Assembly (NCBI RefSeq): GCF_006345805.1 | Contig: NC_042997.1 | Coordinates: 119,970,001 to 120,034,000 of the forward strand | DNA: 64,000 nucleotides | Reading direction: 5' to 3' | DNA from: Octopus sinensis | Lineage: Eukaryota | Part shown: positions 49,588-61,949 of the stretch, piece after piece | Layout of the letters: each line of letters begins with the position of its first letter | Numbering within the stretch: position 1 is the first letter of the stretch | Translations under genes and position numbers: made by a program | The notes under the pieces: model-generated | What the model was told of the DNA's origin: nothing | Seen by the model: the letters and a program-made list of their open reading frames with translations, nothing else | The model's database searches: none

Positions 49588-49667
49588 TTCCTGAAGAGAA
49601 AGACACAATATGGTCTCCTTATTCAATCGGAATTTGGTAAATTGTGCCTTTCGAAACACGTGTAGAA
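49588..49667 (+). ncRNA. Type I hammerhead in the PLE 3' region, extended stem II
   Basis: ttc CTGAAGA gaaagacacaat...attgtgcctttc GAAAC ACGT GTA^gaa; 11 of 12 stem II pairs; predicted cut after 49664. Confidence 0.82.
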
Positions 49668-49877
49668 TGCAATAAAACGATTCTGTTCAATCTTCGTTCA
49701 ACTCCATGTCTTCAATTCACTAATAATATTAAAATTCAATTATCCGCACCAACGCACGGTTGCAACACCATATGGTTGTACCTCCAACCGTGCTGTCTTC
49801 TGCTGTGATTTTTGCTACCAAGGTATCGGTTAAACTTTTGATTAATCTGCAACAAGATTATTCATCTTTCTATTTCA

Positions 49878-49882
<5 letters not shown>

Positions 49883-49964
<82 letters not shown>

Positions 49965-50052
49965 ATATAGGTATGTACATATTTGTATGTATATATGCAT
50001 ATATTTATATATCATTTATATCATATAATATATATATATGCATACACATATA

Positions 50053-50110
<58 letters not shown>

Positions 50111-50147
50111 ATATTATATATATATATATATATATGTATATATTATA

Positions 50148-50199
<52 letters not shown>

Positions 50200-50200
50200 T
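49883..50200. repeat. Long imperfect (TA)n microsatellite
   Basis: Direct reading. Confidence 0.95.
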
Positions 50201-50885
50201 TATAAGATCGTCCTCCTAAGCGTTCACAATATTTTTTCTATCATCTTGGCTTAATAACCCTCACCGTTTGTTTTTACTGTCTTGTTCTCACCGTCCTGTT
50301 CTTATATATGTATGTATCTATGAGCACAAATGAAAGAAAATGCACTCAACATTTTCTGTAGGAGTTACATTTATTATTTTAAAATGTTTGATACCGTTCC
50401 GTGCTACTTCAATTTCGGTGACGTTTAGCGGGATCGCGACTTCTCTTCGGGCTTCTGAAATGCCTATTGAAAATATCCAGGACGTCCAAGATTGCTACCG
50501 GAAGAGTAGCAGCAATTAATAATGGGAGACCACATGGTATTGTTTTGAATATTGTGAACTCGTTAGTGAAACCGATTCTGTCTAAAAGGAGAAGTTTTTT
50601 TGACCGCGTTTTGGGACAGGAATCTGGCGGTTTCAGCATTTCTCGATATGGTGAAATCGGTGAGTGTATAAGTTTGTGTACGTCGGTGTATGCCTGTGTA
50701 TCTATATATGTGCGTATGTATATTCACGTACATATTCGAAGTGTGAGAATGCATGACAGCAGGTATTTTATTATTTGCTTTGGCTTACGGCTATATGCGT
50801 ACACGTTTGCCTGTTTGTTGTTTGCTGGTGTGTTGTTTGCCGTTAGTTTATGTACTATCGCTTGCGTTTGAGAGTGTGTGTGTTG

Positions 50886-50916
<31 letters not shown>

Positions 50917-51759
50917 TGCCTGTGCGTATTTCTACCTGCCACATATACGTTCGTGCGCCAACGGCTTTAGGGTGCGAGTGTGTCTCCTCTGTGTGTGTAT
51001 GTATGTTTGAAAGGACAATGGACACAATTTAGAATAAGAACTGTAATAAAAAAATGAAGATCGAATGTATAGTGCGTGTATTTATTTGGGAAAAATGACT
51101 AACCCGAAATACAATAATACACACACACACAAACACACATATATATATCGTCGGATGTTTGCATGTGCACAGTGCTTTTTTATCTCTCTTTCTCCCTCTC
51201 CCTCTATAGTTTATATAATTCTTTTATTATACGTATGTGTTCTTTGTGTATAGTGTTGCATTGTAAAATGCATAGAGCACTTCAATATAGTTCTCTTGCC
51301 TCCAACGTTTTTTCATTTTTTTGCTTTGTTTTCCGTTTCGTTGCTGTCTTTATATAAAAGATTCCTCTGTCTACTTTGTGACAGAATAAGATTTGTAATT
51401 TATGTATAGCGTTGCATTTTAAAATGTATAGAGCACTTCAATGTAGTCCTCATCTCTCTATAGTCATTTTTTTTTTGTTTTGAGAATTCTGCAATTAACA
51501 CTTTCTGGTGTGTTGTCTATTCTATATTTGATGTAATTCGCTCTTAGCGCTTACTCTTGGGCAGCACAGCTTAGAGACTCCGTTTCTGGTTTTAAATCAC
51601 TTGTTGTCATCCATAGCCATATTTTCTCTCAAAGTTATCTTCAACGTCCCCATGAAATTGCCCATGCTTTCTTTTCTTTATCCGCCTATTTTTCAATACT
51701 ATTATTATTGTTGCTGTTGTTGTTGTTGTTGTTGTTATTATTATTATTATTATTATTAC

Positions 51760-54608
51760 TTTTTTTTTCTTCTTTCAAATTTGCTTCCATTTCTTGCCGA
51801 GTGTCTTCCCGACTCCTAGGGCAAAGAAATTCATAGTATATATTGGTAGGCCATTAAACCAAACTCAGTTCTCTCATCGACAATGCTCTTCTCAATACGT
51901 GTGATGTACCAGTTAAGACAATCTTTTGCACTTCTTGCAGGGATGGTAAGCCAGGGATCATTCTCATATAATTTTCGGTTCCCTTCTTGATCATTCCTAG
52001 TGCTCCTACGATCACTGGTATTGTAACCGCCTTGAGATGACACATTTTCTCAATTTCAATGAGTAGGTCTTTATATTTTCTGAGCTTGTCAAACTCTTTC
52101 GCTGAGATATTATGATCACAAGGGATGCTCATGTCGATCAATAAGCAAACTTTATTGTTTTGGTCTTTCACAACAATATCTGGTTTATTGGCCTTGATGG
52201 TTCGGTCTGTATGTACTGGAAAGTCCCACAGAATCGTTACATTTTCTCCTTCAGTTACAGCCTCAGGGTGGTGATTATACCACTTGTCGGCAGTTTTGAT
52301 ATTGTAATGCCGACTTATTAGCCAGTGGAGATATTGGCCAACTCTGTCATGTCTTAATTTATACTCCACTGGTGCTAAGACTTTACATCCAGAGATTAGG
52401 TGGTCCACTGTTTCAATCATGTCGTTGCAGAATCGGCATTTTGGGTCTGCTCCATTTTTCATCCCATTGGCCTGGTGTTCCGGGTTAATAGGCTTTGATC
52501 TTGAGCAGCCAGGATGAAACCTTCGCTCTCTGCTTTTAGCCCTGAGCTCCGTAGCCACTGATGGGTTTGCTTCTGGTCAACATCAGCTTGTTTGCTGCGG
52601 GTCACATATTTGCCGTGCAGAGGTTTCTCCTCCCACCTATCAGCCAATTGCTCGTGCGCTTTTTTCATTGCCATCATTTTCACCTTCTTTGCAACAATAG
52701 TTGCCGTACTTCCCTCGGATTGTTCAGTTTGGGTATCCTGCACGAGATCAATAGCAAATTTTTTTGCTTTCCTTTATGATAGAATGAAGCTTCTTTCGTC
52801 TCTCGTGATTTTCCACGAGCTTTAGCATCCAGTCATTCGATATTTCGAGATATTTGGCCAGTCCAATTGTGGTTGTTTTGAAGCTAGTTCAAATTGGATC
52901 AGGCCTCGACCTCCTTGGGCTCTGGGATGGTAAAGGCGATCTACGTCTGCCTTTGGGTGGTGCATCCTATTACAACTCAGCAGCTTGCGTATTTTTCTAT
53001 CTATATTCTTTACTTCACTCATATTCCAGTTCAACACATTGTAGCTATAAGTAACAACTGGAACTGCTAAGGAATTTATAGCTAACACCTTGTTACGTGC
53101 ATTTAGTTCAGATTTCAGGACTGCACGAAGTCTCCTATAACATTCCTTCCTGATTTTCTCTTTCATGCTTGCATGCTGAATACCAGAGCCTTCATTTATC
53201 CCTAAATATTTGTATGTTTGTTCTTGCTCAAGCTCTCTTATGACTGTGTCAACATCTAACACGACTGAATTTGTGGTCTTCACTTTCCCTTTCTGGAAAG
53301 TGGCCTTGGCACACTTCTCAAGTCCAAACTCCATCCCGATGTCATCGCTGAATGCTTTCACAGTGCGCAATAGGCCTTCAAGTTCATTATTGTCTTTACC
53401 ATAAAGTTTTAAGTCATCCATATAAAATAGATGGCTTATTTTTTTATTGGCAATTTTATACCCATACCCTGTTCTGTTTAATTCACTTGTAAGGGGTATT
53501 AGGGCTATGCAGAATATTAAAGGTGAAAGTGAGTCACCTTGAAAAATTCCACAGTTGATGTTTATATTTTCTGAGGCAAGTACTCCATTAGAGTGGTATA
53601 ATTGGAGATTCGTATTCCACAACGACATATTGTGCTTCAGGAAGTTTGAAATCACAGGGGAAATTTTGAAGATGTCCAGCGATCTCAAGATCCATGTATG
53701 CGGTATACTGTCAAAGGCCTTTTTATAGTCAATCCATGCGGTGCTGAGATTTCTGCGCTTGTTGTGACAGTTCTCAAGGATCATACGATTGATTAGCAGT
53801 TGATCTTTGCATCCGTAAGAGCCTCGGCGGCACCCTTTTTGTTCAATGGGGAAAATATCGTTCTTATCCATGAATGCATATGTTTTCTCCGCCAGGATAG
53901 ATGTTAGGATTTTATACGTGGTGGATAGACAGGTTATAGGCCGATAGTTTTTTGGAAGGTTGGTTTCGTTATTCTTTGGGAGTAGGTAAGTAATGCCACT
54001 TGCTAACCATTCAGGTGTTTTCTTTGGGTCTCTCATAATTCCATTGAGCAGCTGAACTAGCTTACCGTGTATGGCATGGGAGGGATGCGAGCCAGAAATT
54101 CGGCACCCTATCTTTACCGGGGGATTTCCAATTATGGGCCTTCGTGAGTGCCTTTCTTAGGTCTGCTATTGTGATGTCTTCCCATGCTTGTTGTTGTAAA
54201 TTTTGGTAGGATCCTTCAGTTTGTGTAATCCAGTCTGCATTTATGTTGTACGTCTTCTTGTCACTCCAAATCCTTTTCCAAAAGTTTTGAACTTCTTCCA
54301 TGGGAGGGTGGTCTTTAACGGTTACTTTCTCCTTCCCTATTTCTCTGTAGAATTTTTTGGCATTGGATGTGGACAGCTTATTTTGCTTGTAAAACTTGTT
54401 TCTCTTCTCAAATCTTCGTATTCTTTGGGCTTTTGCTTGGACTTTTTGTTTCAGCGTTTCTTTTATTGATATCAGTTCTTCTCTTGGTGAGGATCCAAAT
54501 TTTCTCTTCAACTTTCTTCCTGTTCTGGATCTTACATCATTTCCACATATTAGTTCATTTAATATTGATATTTCCCCTCTCATAAATTCAATCTCTTTTT
54601 CAATTTTA
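51760..54608 (-). mobile_element. 5'-truncated R4/Dong-type LINE, second subfamily, several frameshifts
   Basis: ORFs 54062-54658, 52822-54036 (GIFQGDSLSPLIF, YMDDLKLY), 52459-52743 and 51854-52558 (CRFC..ETVDHLISGC, KPDIVVKD..LIDMSIP); (ATT)n flanks. Confidence 0.9.
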
Positions 54609-54626
54609 CTATTATTATTATTATTA

Positions 54627-54931
54627 CTTTTTTTTTCTTCTTTCAAATTTTCTTCCATTTCTTGCCGAGTGTCTTCCCGACTCCTAGGGCAAAGAAACTC
54701 ATAGTGTATATTGGTAGGCCATTAAACCAAACTTAGTAGTTCGTTCATTTTTTTTTTTTTTTTTTTTTTTAAAGTTAAATTAAAATACATGAGCAGCAAC
54801 AGTTCTCACATCGACAATGCTCTTCTCAATACGTGTGATGTACCAGTTAAGACAATCTTTTGCACTTTTTGCAGGGATGGTAAGCCAGGGATCATTCTCA
54901 TATAATTTTCGGTTCCCTTCTTGATCATTCC
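54627..54931 (-). mobile_element. Short 3' fragment of the same R4/Dong subfamily
   Basis: MIKKGTENYMRMIPGLPSLQKVQKIVLTGTSHVLRRALSM plus 3' UTR. Confidence 0.85.
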
Positions 54932-54949
54932 ATTATTATTATTATTATT

Positions 54950-55500
54950 GACTGAGAGAGCAGTGCATGACATCAAAGTCACACTGGGGTAAAATATACG
55001 AAGCCCAGTATACCCATCATGACTACCCATCTGATAAGGGTACACTAGGCACATGCATCACAACCATATGTGCGCGACATGATCTCATATCAAAATAAAC
55101 AGCACATAACCTTGCAGGTGGGGCCCAGTTAGAATTTTCTTCAGGTCGAGTAACCCATCCCACTCGAAAGGTCCCTGAATAAGGGTTGTTTAAGGATGTT
55201 GAACGAAACACCCATGTTTCCAGAGGTGAATTATTCAAACCCCAAAGAATCCCTCTCAACACATGGCTATGATGCTCCCCCACTACTTCTGCTCGTGATC
55301 AGAGATGCACATATCGTCAGCCGCTAAGGTACATGCTCAACTGGTTAAAGTCAAACAACTGACAAACAAATCTGTGGTATCGAGCAGAATATTTGCTGTA
55401 GCTCATCTTTTATACCAAGACAAAACAATGTACATGATAACACTTCCAATCAGTTAAGAACAGAAGCCATGAGAGCCACTGCCTGGTACTGCATCAGGGC

Positions 55501-55502
<2 letters not shown>
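54950..55502. mobile_element. ~550-bp non-coding interspersed element in (ATT)n, copy 1
   Basis: Highly similar to 57702-58256; no convincing ORF; polarity not established. Confidence 0.8.
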
Positions 55503-55531
<29 letters not shown>

Positions 55532-55551
55532 GTTATTACTATTATTATTGT

Positions 55552-56850
55552 CTTTACACAGCTTCTAACGCTGGAGATATAAAACTGCGTCAGCTGTTCA
55601 CAACTATTATTTTCCGAGCACCTTCCGGAGTATTCGAGCGGTTCCAAACAGTGCTGTTTTCTGCACGTGCTCCACCCTTATTGCAGTCCATACTTGTTCC
55701 ATGTACTTTTCAAGGTTTTTGCTCACTGTTCCCACTGCTCCGACAATTATTGGTAAAACTACCACCTTTTTCAACTACTTAACCTCCGAAGCTAACCTGT
55801 CATATCTCTCAACTTTTCTCTCTTCCTTATCGAATACCTTGTTGTCAGCTGGGCATGCTATATCTATGATCCAGCATAGTTTGCTTTCTTTCTCAATTAA
55901 GACTATGGCAGGCTTCCTAATCTCTTTCTTATGGTCGCACTGAATCATTGAGTCCCATAGGAACCGTCCAAGTGTTGATAATCTTATTCCGTTCGTATTC
56001 TGTTTCTTTACCAACATTCCCATCTATGGGTATTGATACGTCATTTAGAAAAAACATGTTTTTCTTAATGATTTCTGACAACTATATCCGGCCTATTAGC
56101 CTTACTTTTTTTGTCTGTGTGTATTGGCATATTTCAGATTATAGGTGCTCTCTTATTTTCTGATTCTGAGGAGAGCAAATGCACAGCTTCCAGTGCATAT
56201 AGGTCCCAACTCTGTTGTGCCTGTGAATATATTCCTGTTTAGCCTGGACTGGGCAGTGAGAGACATCATGATTTATTGTTTCTTGTCCATATGCACATAT
56301 TTTGCACTTGTTATATTTCTTTTTCAAAACATGTGTTTGGTAATTACTGGTGAGAAGGCTTTGGTGTTGTTCTGCAATTAAAATTCTTTCAGTCATTGCT
56401 TTGAGTCCTGAGCTTCTCAGCCATTGTTGGAGTTTTGGCTTGTCAATATGATTTTGTTTCAGTTTAATCCATTGTTTTATCATGATTCGTTGCTATTCCA
56501 GTTCTAGTTTGGAACTCAGTTGTTTTACAAATGTTGTTGCTTCTTCTTCTTCTACATAGCTGTTAGTTACTATGATTGGTTTTTTTGTAATTCTCAGCTT
56601 CCTTAAAATCTGAAAACAGATTTTGTTTTGTTCGTGCTTTATATCTATTTGTATTCGCTTTTCTTGCTTCTTATGTAGCTATTCATGTGGTCCTATGGTG
56701 GTTGTTTTGTAATAAACTTGTAGCTGTATCAAGCCTCTACCACCTTCCACGCATTGTACATATAAACTTTCTAAGTCACATTTTGTGTGGTGACTTAAAA
56801 TCATGACATTATTTGTCTTCATTACCTGTTTTTTTTTATTAGATCATTTA
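55552..56850 (-). mobile_element. Older R4/Dong-type RLE fragments
   Basis: VQKTALFGTARILRKVLGK*; KPAIVLIEK..WIIDIACP; WLRSSGLK..CKIC..ETINH..HC..YIHRHN. Confidence 0.7.
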
Positions 56851-57012
56851 GAGTCCAGTTAAGAATATTGTAGCAGTACCTTATAACTGGGACGGCCAGT
56901 GTTTATACATATTATCATGTTTTTCGCATTGAGCATTGTTTTATTATTATTATTATTATTGTTGTTGTTGTTATTATTATTACTGTTATTATTGTTATTA
57001 TTATTATTATTA

Positions 57013-57068
<56 letters not shown>

Positions 57069-57519
57069 TATTATTATTCAGTAGTTTTATTTTTATAGCG
57101 TGCAGCATATGAGCAGCATATGGAGGTTTGTTATGAATATATTATTTAGCTATATCTGTATGCGTGTAGGTTCATTTTGATGTGATCATCTATTGTTTAT
57201 GAGAAAAAAATACAGAGAAGATAAAAAAGAAAGGGATAAAGGAAGCTGCACGTATAATACATAACTTAGAAGCAGCGCTATAGATGTACCAATGCACACT
57301 AGATTGAGACATAAGCGACATCACGCACTTCTCAAGAGTAATTCCGGAATGAGCTTCGTGAGACTCCATCTAAGAATATCTGAAGAAGGAATTTTATTCT
57401 GAAATATCATCGGACAATGGATAACTAAATTACAACAGTTATATAGTCCATTTTTTGTATTATAGTGCATTGTTGTACCTTTCAAAACTTTTTGTTCTTC
57501 TTCTTCATTATTATTATTA

Positions 57520-57623
<104 letters not shown>

Positions 57624-57667
57624 TTTATTATCATTATTATTATTATTATTATTATTAATATTATTAA

Positions 57668-57701
<34 letters not shown>

Positions 57702-58255
57702 GAGTGAGAGAGCAGTTCATGCCATCAAAGTGACACTGGGGTAAAATATACGAAGCCCAATATACCCATCATTACTACCCGTCTGATAAAGGTACACCAG
57801 GCACATGCATCACAACCATATGTGCGCGACATGGTGATCTCATATCAAGATAAACAGCACATGACCTTGCAGGTGGGGACCAGTTAGAATTTTCTTTAAG
57901 TTGAGTAGCCCATCCCGCTCAAACGGTCTCTGAATAAGGGTTGTTTAAGGATGTTGAAAGAACCACCCATGTTTCCAGAGGTGAACTATTCAAACCCCAA
58001 AGAATCCCTCTCAACACATGGCTATGATGCTCCCCCACTACTTCTGCTCGTGATCAGAGATGCACATATCGTCAGCCACTGAGGGACATGCTCAACTGGT
58101 TAAGGTCAAACAACTGACAAGCAAATCTGTGGTATTGAGCAGAATATTTGCTGTAGCCCATCTTTTATACCAAGACAAAACAATGTACATGATAACACTT
58201 CCAATCAGTTAAGATCAGAAGCCATGAGAGTCACTGCCTGGTACTGCATCAGGGC

Positions 58256-58256
<1 letters not shown>
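57702..58256. mobile_element. ~550-bp non-coding interspersed element in (ATT)n, copy 2
   Basis: See copy 1; same orientation. Confidence 0.8.
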
Positions 58257-58307
<51 letters not shown>

Positions 58308-58310
58308 ATG

Positions 58311-59660
58311 TTTTTTTCTTCTTTCTTCAAATTTTCTTCCGTTTCTCTCCGAGTGATTTCCATACACCTAGGGCAGAGAAACTCATTGTATGCATTCCCA
58401 GATTACACGCGCAAATTCAGAGACAAAATATGTATCTAAAATGTATTAAATAAATAAATTCATGGATGGATGTTGTTTTCACAGCGATATTGCTCTTCTC
58501 AGTACATGAGCCGTTCCTGTTAATATGATTTTTTGCACTTCCTGTAGAGATGGTAAGCCTGGAATCATTTTCGAATAGGTTTCAGTACCTTTTTTTATCA
58601 TTCCTAGAGATCCTACAATCACTGGTACTGTAGTCGCGTTGAGATGCCAGTTTTCAATTTCTATTAGCATGTCTTTATATTTACTAATCTTGTCAAATTC
58701 TTTCACCGCTATATTGTGATCGCAAGAAATACTCATGTCAATTAATAAACACTTCTTTTTCGTCTGATCTTTTATACTAATATCCGGTTTATTAGCTTTT
58801 ATAGTCTTGTCGGTCTGTACGGGGAAGTCACATAGAATCGACACATTTTCTCCCTCAGTCACAGCTTCAGGAACGTTTTTATATAATTTATCAGCGGTTT
58901 TGATTTTATAATGCCGACATATTGTCCAATGTAAATACTGGCCGACTCTGTCATGTCTTGCTTTATATTCTGCAGGTGCTAAGACTCTACACCCTGAGAT
59001 TAGGTAGTCCATAGTTTCAATCTCATCGTTACAGAATCGGCATTTTGAGTCAGCTCCATTTTTCATCACATTGGCTTGGTAGTTCCGAGTTAATAAGTTT
59101 GGTCTTGAGCAGCTAATATGAAACCATCACTCTCTGCTTTTAGCCCTGAGCTTCGTAATCATTGGTGCGTGTGCTTCTGGTCGACATCAGCTTGTTTGCT
59201 AGAGGCCACATACTTGCCAAGAAGAGGTTTCTGTTCCCATCTGCTAGCTAAATTTTCATGTGCTTTTGTCTTTGCAATTAATTTTATTTTCTTTGCAGCA
59301 GCAGTTGGCGCATTTCCTTCAGCCTGATCAATCTGGTGGGTATCTAAGAGATTAGCAGCGAATTTTTTGCTCTTTTTGAGAACTGAGTGAAATTTTTACT
59401 GCCTTTCATGTTTTTCAACAAGTTTTAGCATCAAATCGTTGGTTGCTTCAAGTTATTTGGCCAGTCCGATTGTGGTGATTTTTTATGTAAGTTCAAGCTG
59501 GATCAAACGTCGACCCTTCTGAGCTCTGGGAAGGTAAAGACGATCCACGTCTGCCTTTGGATGGTGCATCTTATTACAAGTCAGTAGGTTGCGGATTTTT
59601 CTGTCAATTTTCATTATTTCACTTGTATTCCAGTTAAGCACATTGAAGCTATAAAGAACA
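58311..59660 (-). mobile_element. 5'-truncated R4/Dong-type LINE (RT thumb plus RLE)
   Basis: ORF 58479-59069: CRFCNDEIETMDYLISGC, KPDISIKD..LIDMSI. Confidence 0.85.
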
Positions 59661-59708
59661 ATTATTATTATTATTATTTTACTTTTATTATTATTATTAT
59701 TATTTTAC

Positions 59709-59767
<59 letters not shown>

Positions 59768-59794
59768 TATTATTATTATTATTATTATTATTAT

Positions 59795-59928
59795 CTTCTT
59801 TCAAATTTTCTTCCATTTCTTGCCGAGTGTCTTCCCGACTCCTAGGGCAAAGAAACTCATAGTGTATATTGGTAGGCCATTAAACCAAACTCAGAAGTTC
59901 GTTCATTTTTTTTTTTTTTTAAAGTTAG

Positions 59929-59997
<69 letters not shown>

Positions 59998-60144
59998 TAT
60001 TATTATTATCTTCTTTCAAATTTTCTTCCATTTCTTGCCGAGTGTCTTCCCGACTCCTAGGGCAAAGAAACTCATAGTGTATATTGGTAGGCCATTAAAC
60101 CAAACTCAGAAGTTCGTTCATTTTTTTTTTTTTTTTAAAGTTAG
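59795..60144 (-). mobile_element. Two tandem 3'-UTR-only R4/Dong copies (period about 215 bp)
   Basis: cttctttcaaattttcttccatttcttgccgagtgtc... at 59795 and 60010, separated by (ATT)n. Confidence 0.85.
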
Positions 60145-60232
<88 letters not shown>

Positions 60233-60589
60233 TCATCATTATCATCATCACCATCATCATCATCACTGATATCACTGATATTATTTTTGTATGTTGTAGC
60301 AGCAACCAGTAGCAGGGGTGGTGGTAGTAGTAAGGGTGATAGTTGGGCTTCCGATTCCTGTACTATCATAATAGTAGTAGTAGTAGTAGTATTTATTATT
60401 TATCATTTTCCTTCTTCTTCTTCTTCTCTTCTTCTTCTTCTTCTTCTTCTTCTTCTTCTTCTTCTTCTTCTTCTTCTTCTCCTTCTCCTTCTTCTTCCTA
60501 TTATTATTATTATCGTTGTTGTTGTTGTTGTTGTTGTTGCTTTTGTTGTTCTTGTTATGTGATTGAAACTCACAACTTATTTTCCTAGG

Positions 60590-61810
60590 TATGATGGAAA
60601 GTGTCAGCTGTTCACAGCCACAAGACTAAGGTGACCCTCATTTACTGGTCATGCTTCAAATAACCTGCGAAGAGTTCTAGCAGTTCCAAGCGATGCTGAT
60701 TTTTATCGGTGTTCTTCCTTCACACTTGTACCAATCTTTTTTGGGCATGTTTTTAGTTGAATTCTGATACTGTCAAGTCCACTAATTGCAATTAGTATCA
60801 CGTGTACTCTCTTTCGTATTTCTCACTTCAAATCATCATAGTTGGTTAATATTTTTTTGTTTCGCTTGTTGTCAGTGTGGCATGCTTTTTCAATTATCAT
60901 ACCGTTCTTTCGTTTTTATTCACCACAATAATGCCCTGGTTCCGATATCTTGTCGTTGATGGCACTGGATCATTACATCTCTCAGGATTTAGCAAATTTG
61001 AATTTTCGGTGACTCCTTCTGCAGTTTGTTCATATCACGTCTTTACTCCCTGTAGGCCGTGATTTCCACAGATTTCCCAATAGATCATTCTTGCCACATT
61101 GTCATGGCGTCTTTTGTATTCGCGCTGTGCCAATTTCAAGCATTGGCTAACGATGTGCCATGTCGTTTCATCCCCCGCACCACATATTCTGCAGTTTTCA
61201 CTATCGGTAGTGTTGTGTACTCTGCACTTCAACGCTTGTTCCTGAGCTGCGCATATGAGTGCTTCTGTCTCTACCTTCAGGTTACTCCTCCTCATCCATA
61301 GCCACCGGACCTCTATATTTCTTTTCATGATTATATCTCTTGCAGATAGACAGTATATTTTCTTTTCCTTGCAGGGTTTTTCGTTTTTCTTCTTTGATCA
61401 ATTCTAGTTTAAATTTTTTCTTTTGTTACCCAATTTTCAGTTTCGATGACGCCAGTATTTTTCATGTGTTTCACGGCATTTTCCAGTGCTTCACGGTATT
61501 TTTATATACCACCCTAGGTTGTTTTCTGTGCTTCGTTACAGTCCTGACAACTCATGAAACCTCTCCCATCGTTTCATCTGTACAACTGCAGCCTATGGGT
61601 TTCACTCTTAGTGTGGAAGTCTCTGCGTACTGTCAACATTTTTCTGGTCTTAGTATCCATTTTCATCACTTGTCTCTTTTGTCATTTTATAATTCCCGCT
61701 TCATACCGAGGAGGTGCTATCGAGCTAATATTAATTGATTAGATTTTTTTCTATCCAGTCAATTTAGAGCGAAACACCAGCCTCAATCGTCGAAATACTC
61801 TATCCTCAGT
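60590..61810 (-). mobile_element. Old R4/Dong-type LINE relic
   Basis: KSASLGTARTLRRLFEA*; WMRRSNLKVETEALICAAQEQAL..CRICGAGDETTWHIVSQC..YKRRHDNV. Confidence 0.75.
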
Positions 61811-61860
61811 TACACTTTCATTTCCTTTTCCATTATTATTGTTATTATTATTATTATTAT

Positions 61861-61949
<89 letters not shown>

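Larger units (their letters stand above)
45072..49882 (+). mobile_element. Penelope-like element (Naiad-like) with inverted 5' duplication, inserted in (TA)n
   Basis: 45072-45845 is the reverse complement of 48946-49721; direct repeat about 46045-46238 vs 49692-49882; (TA)n on both sides. Confidence 0.88.
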
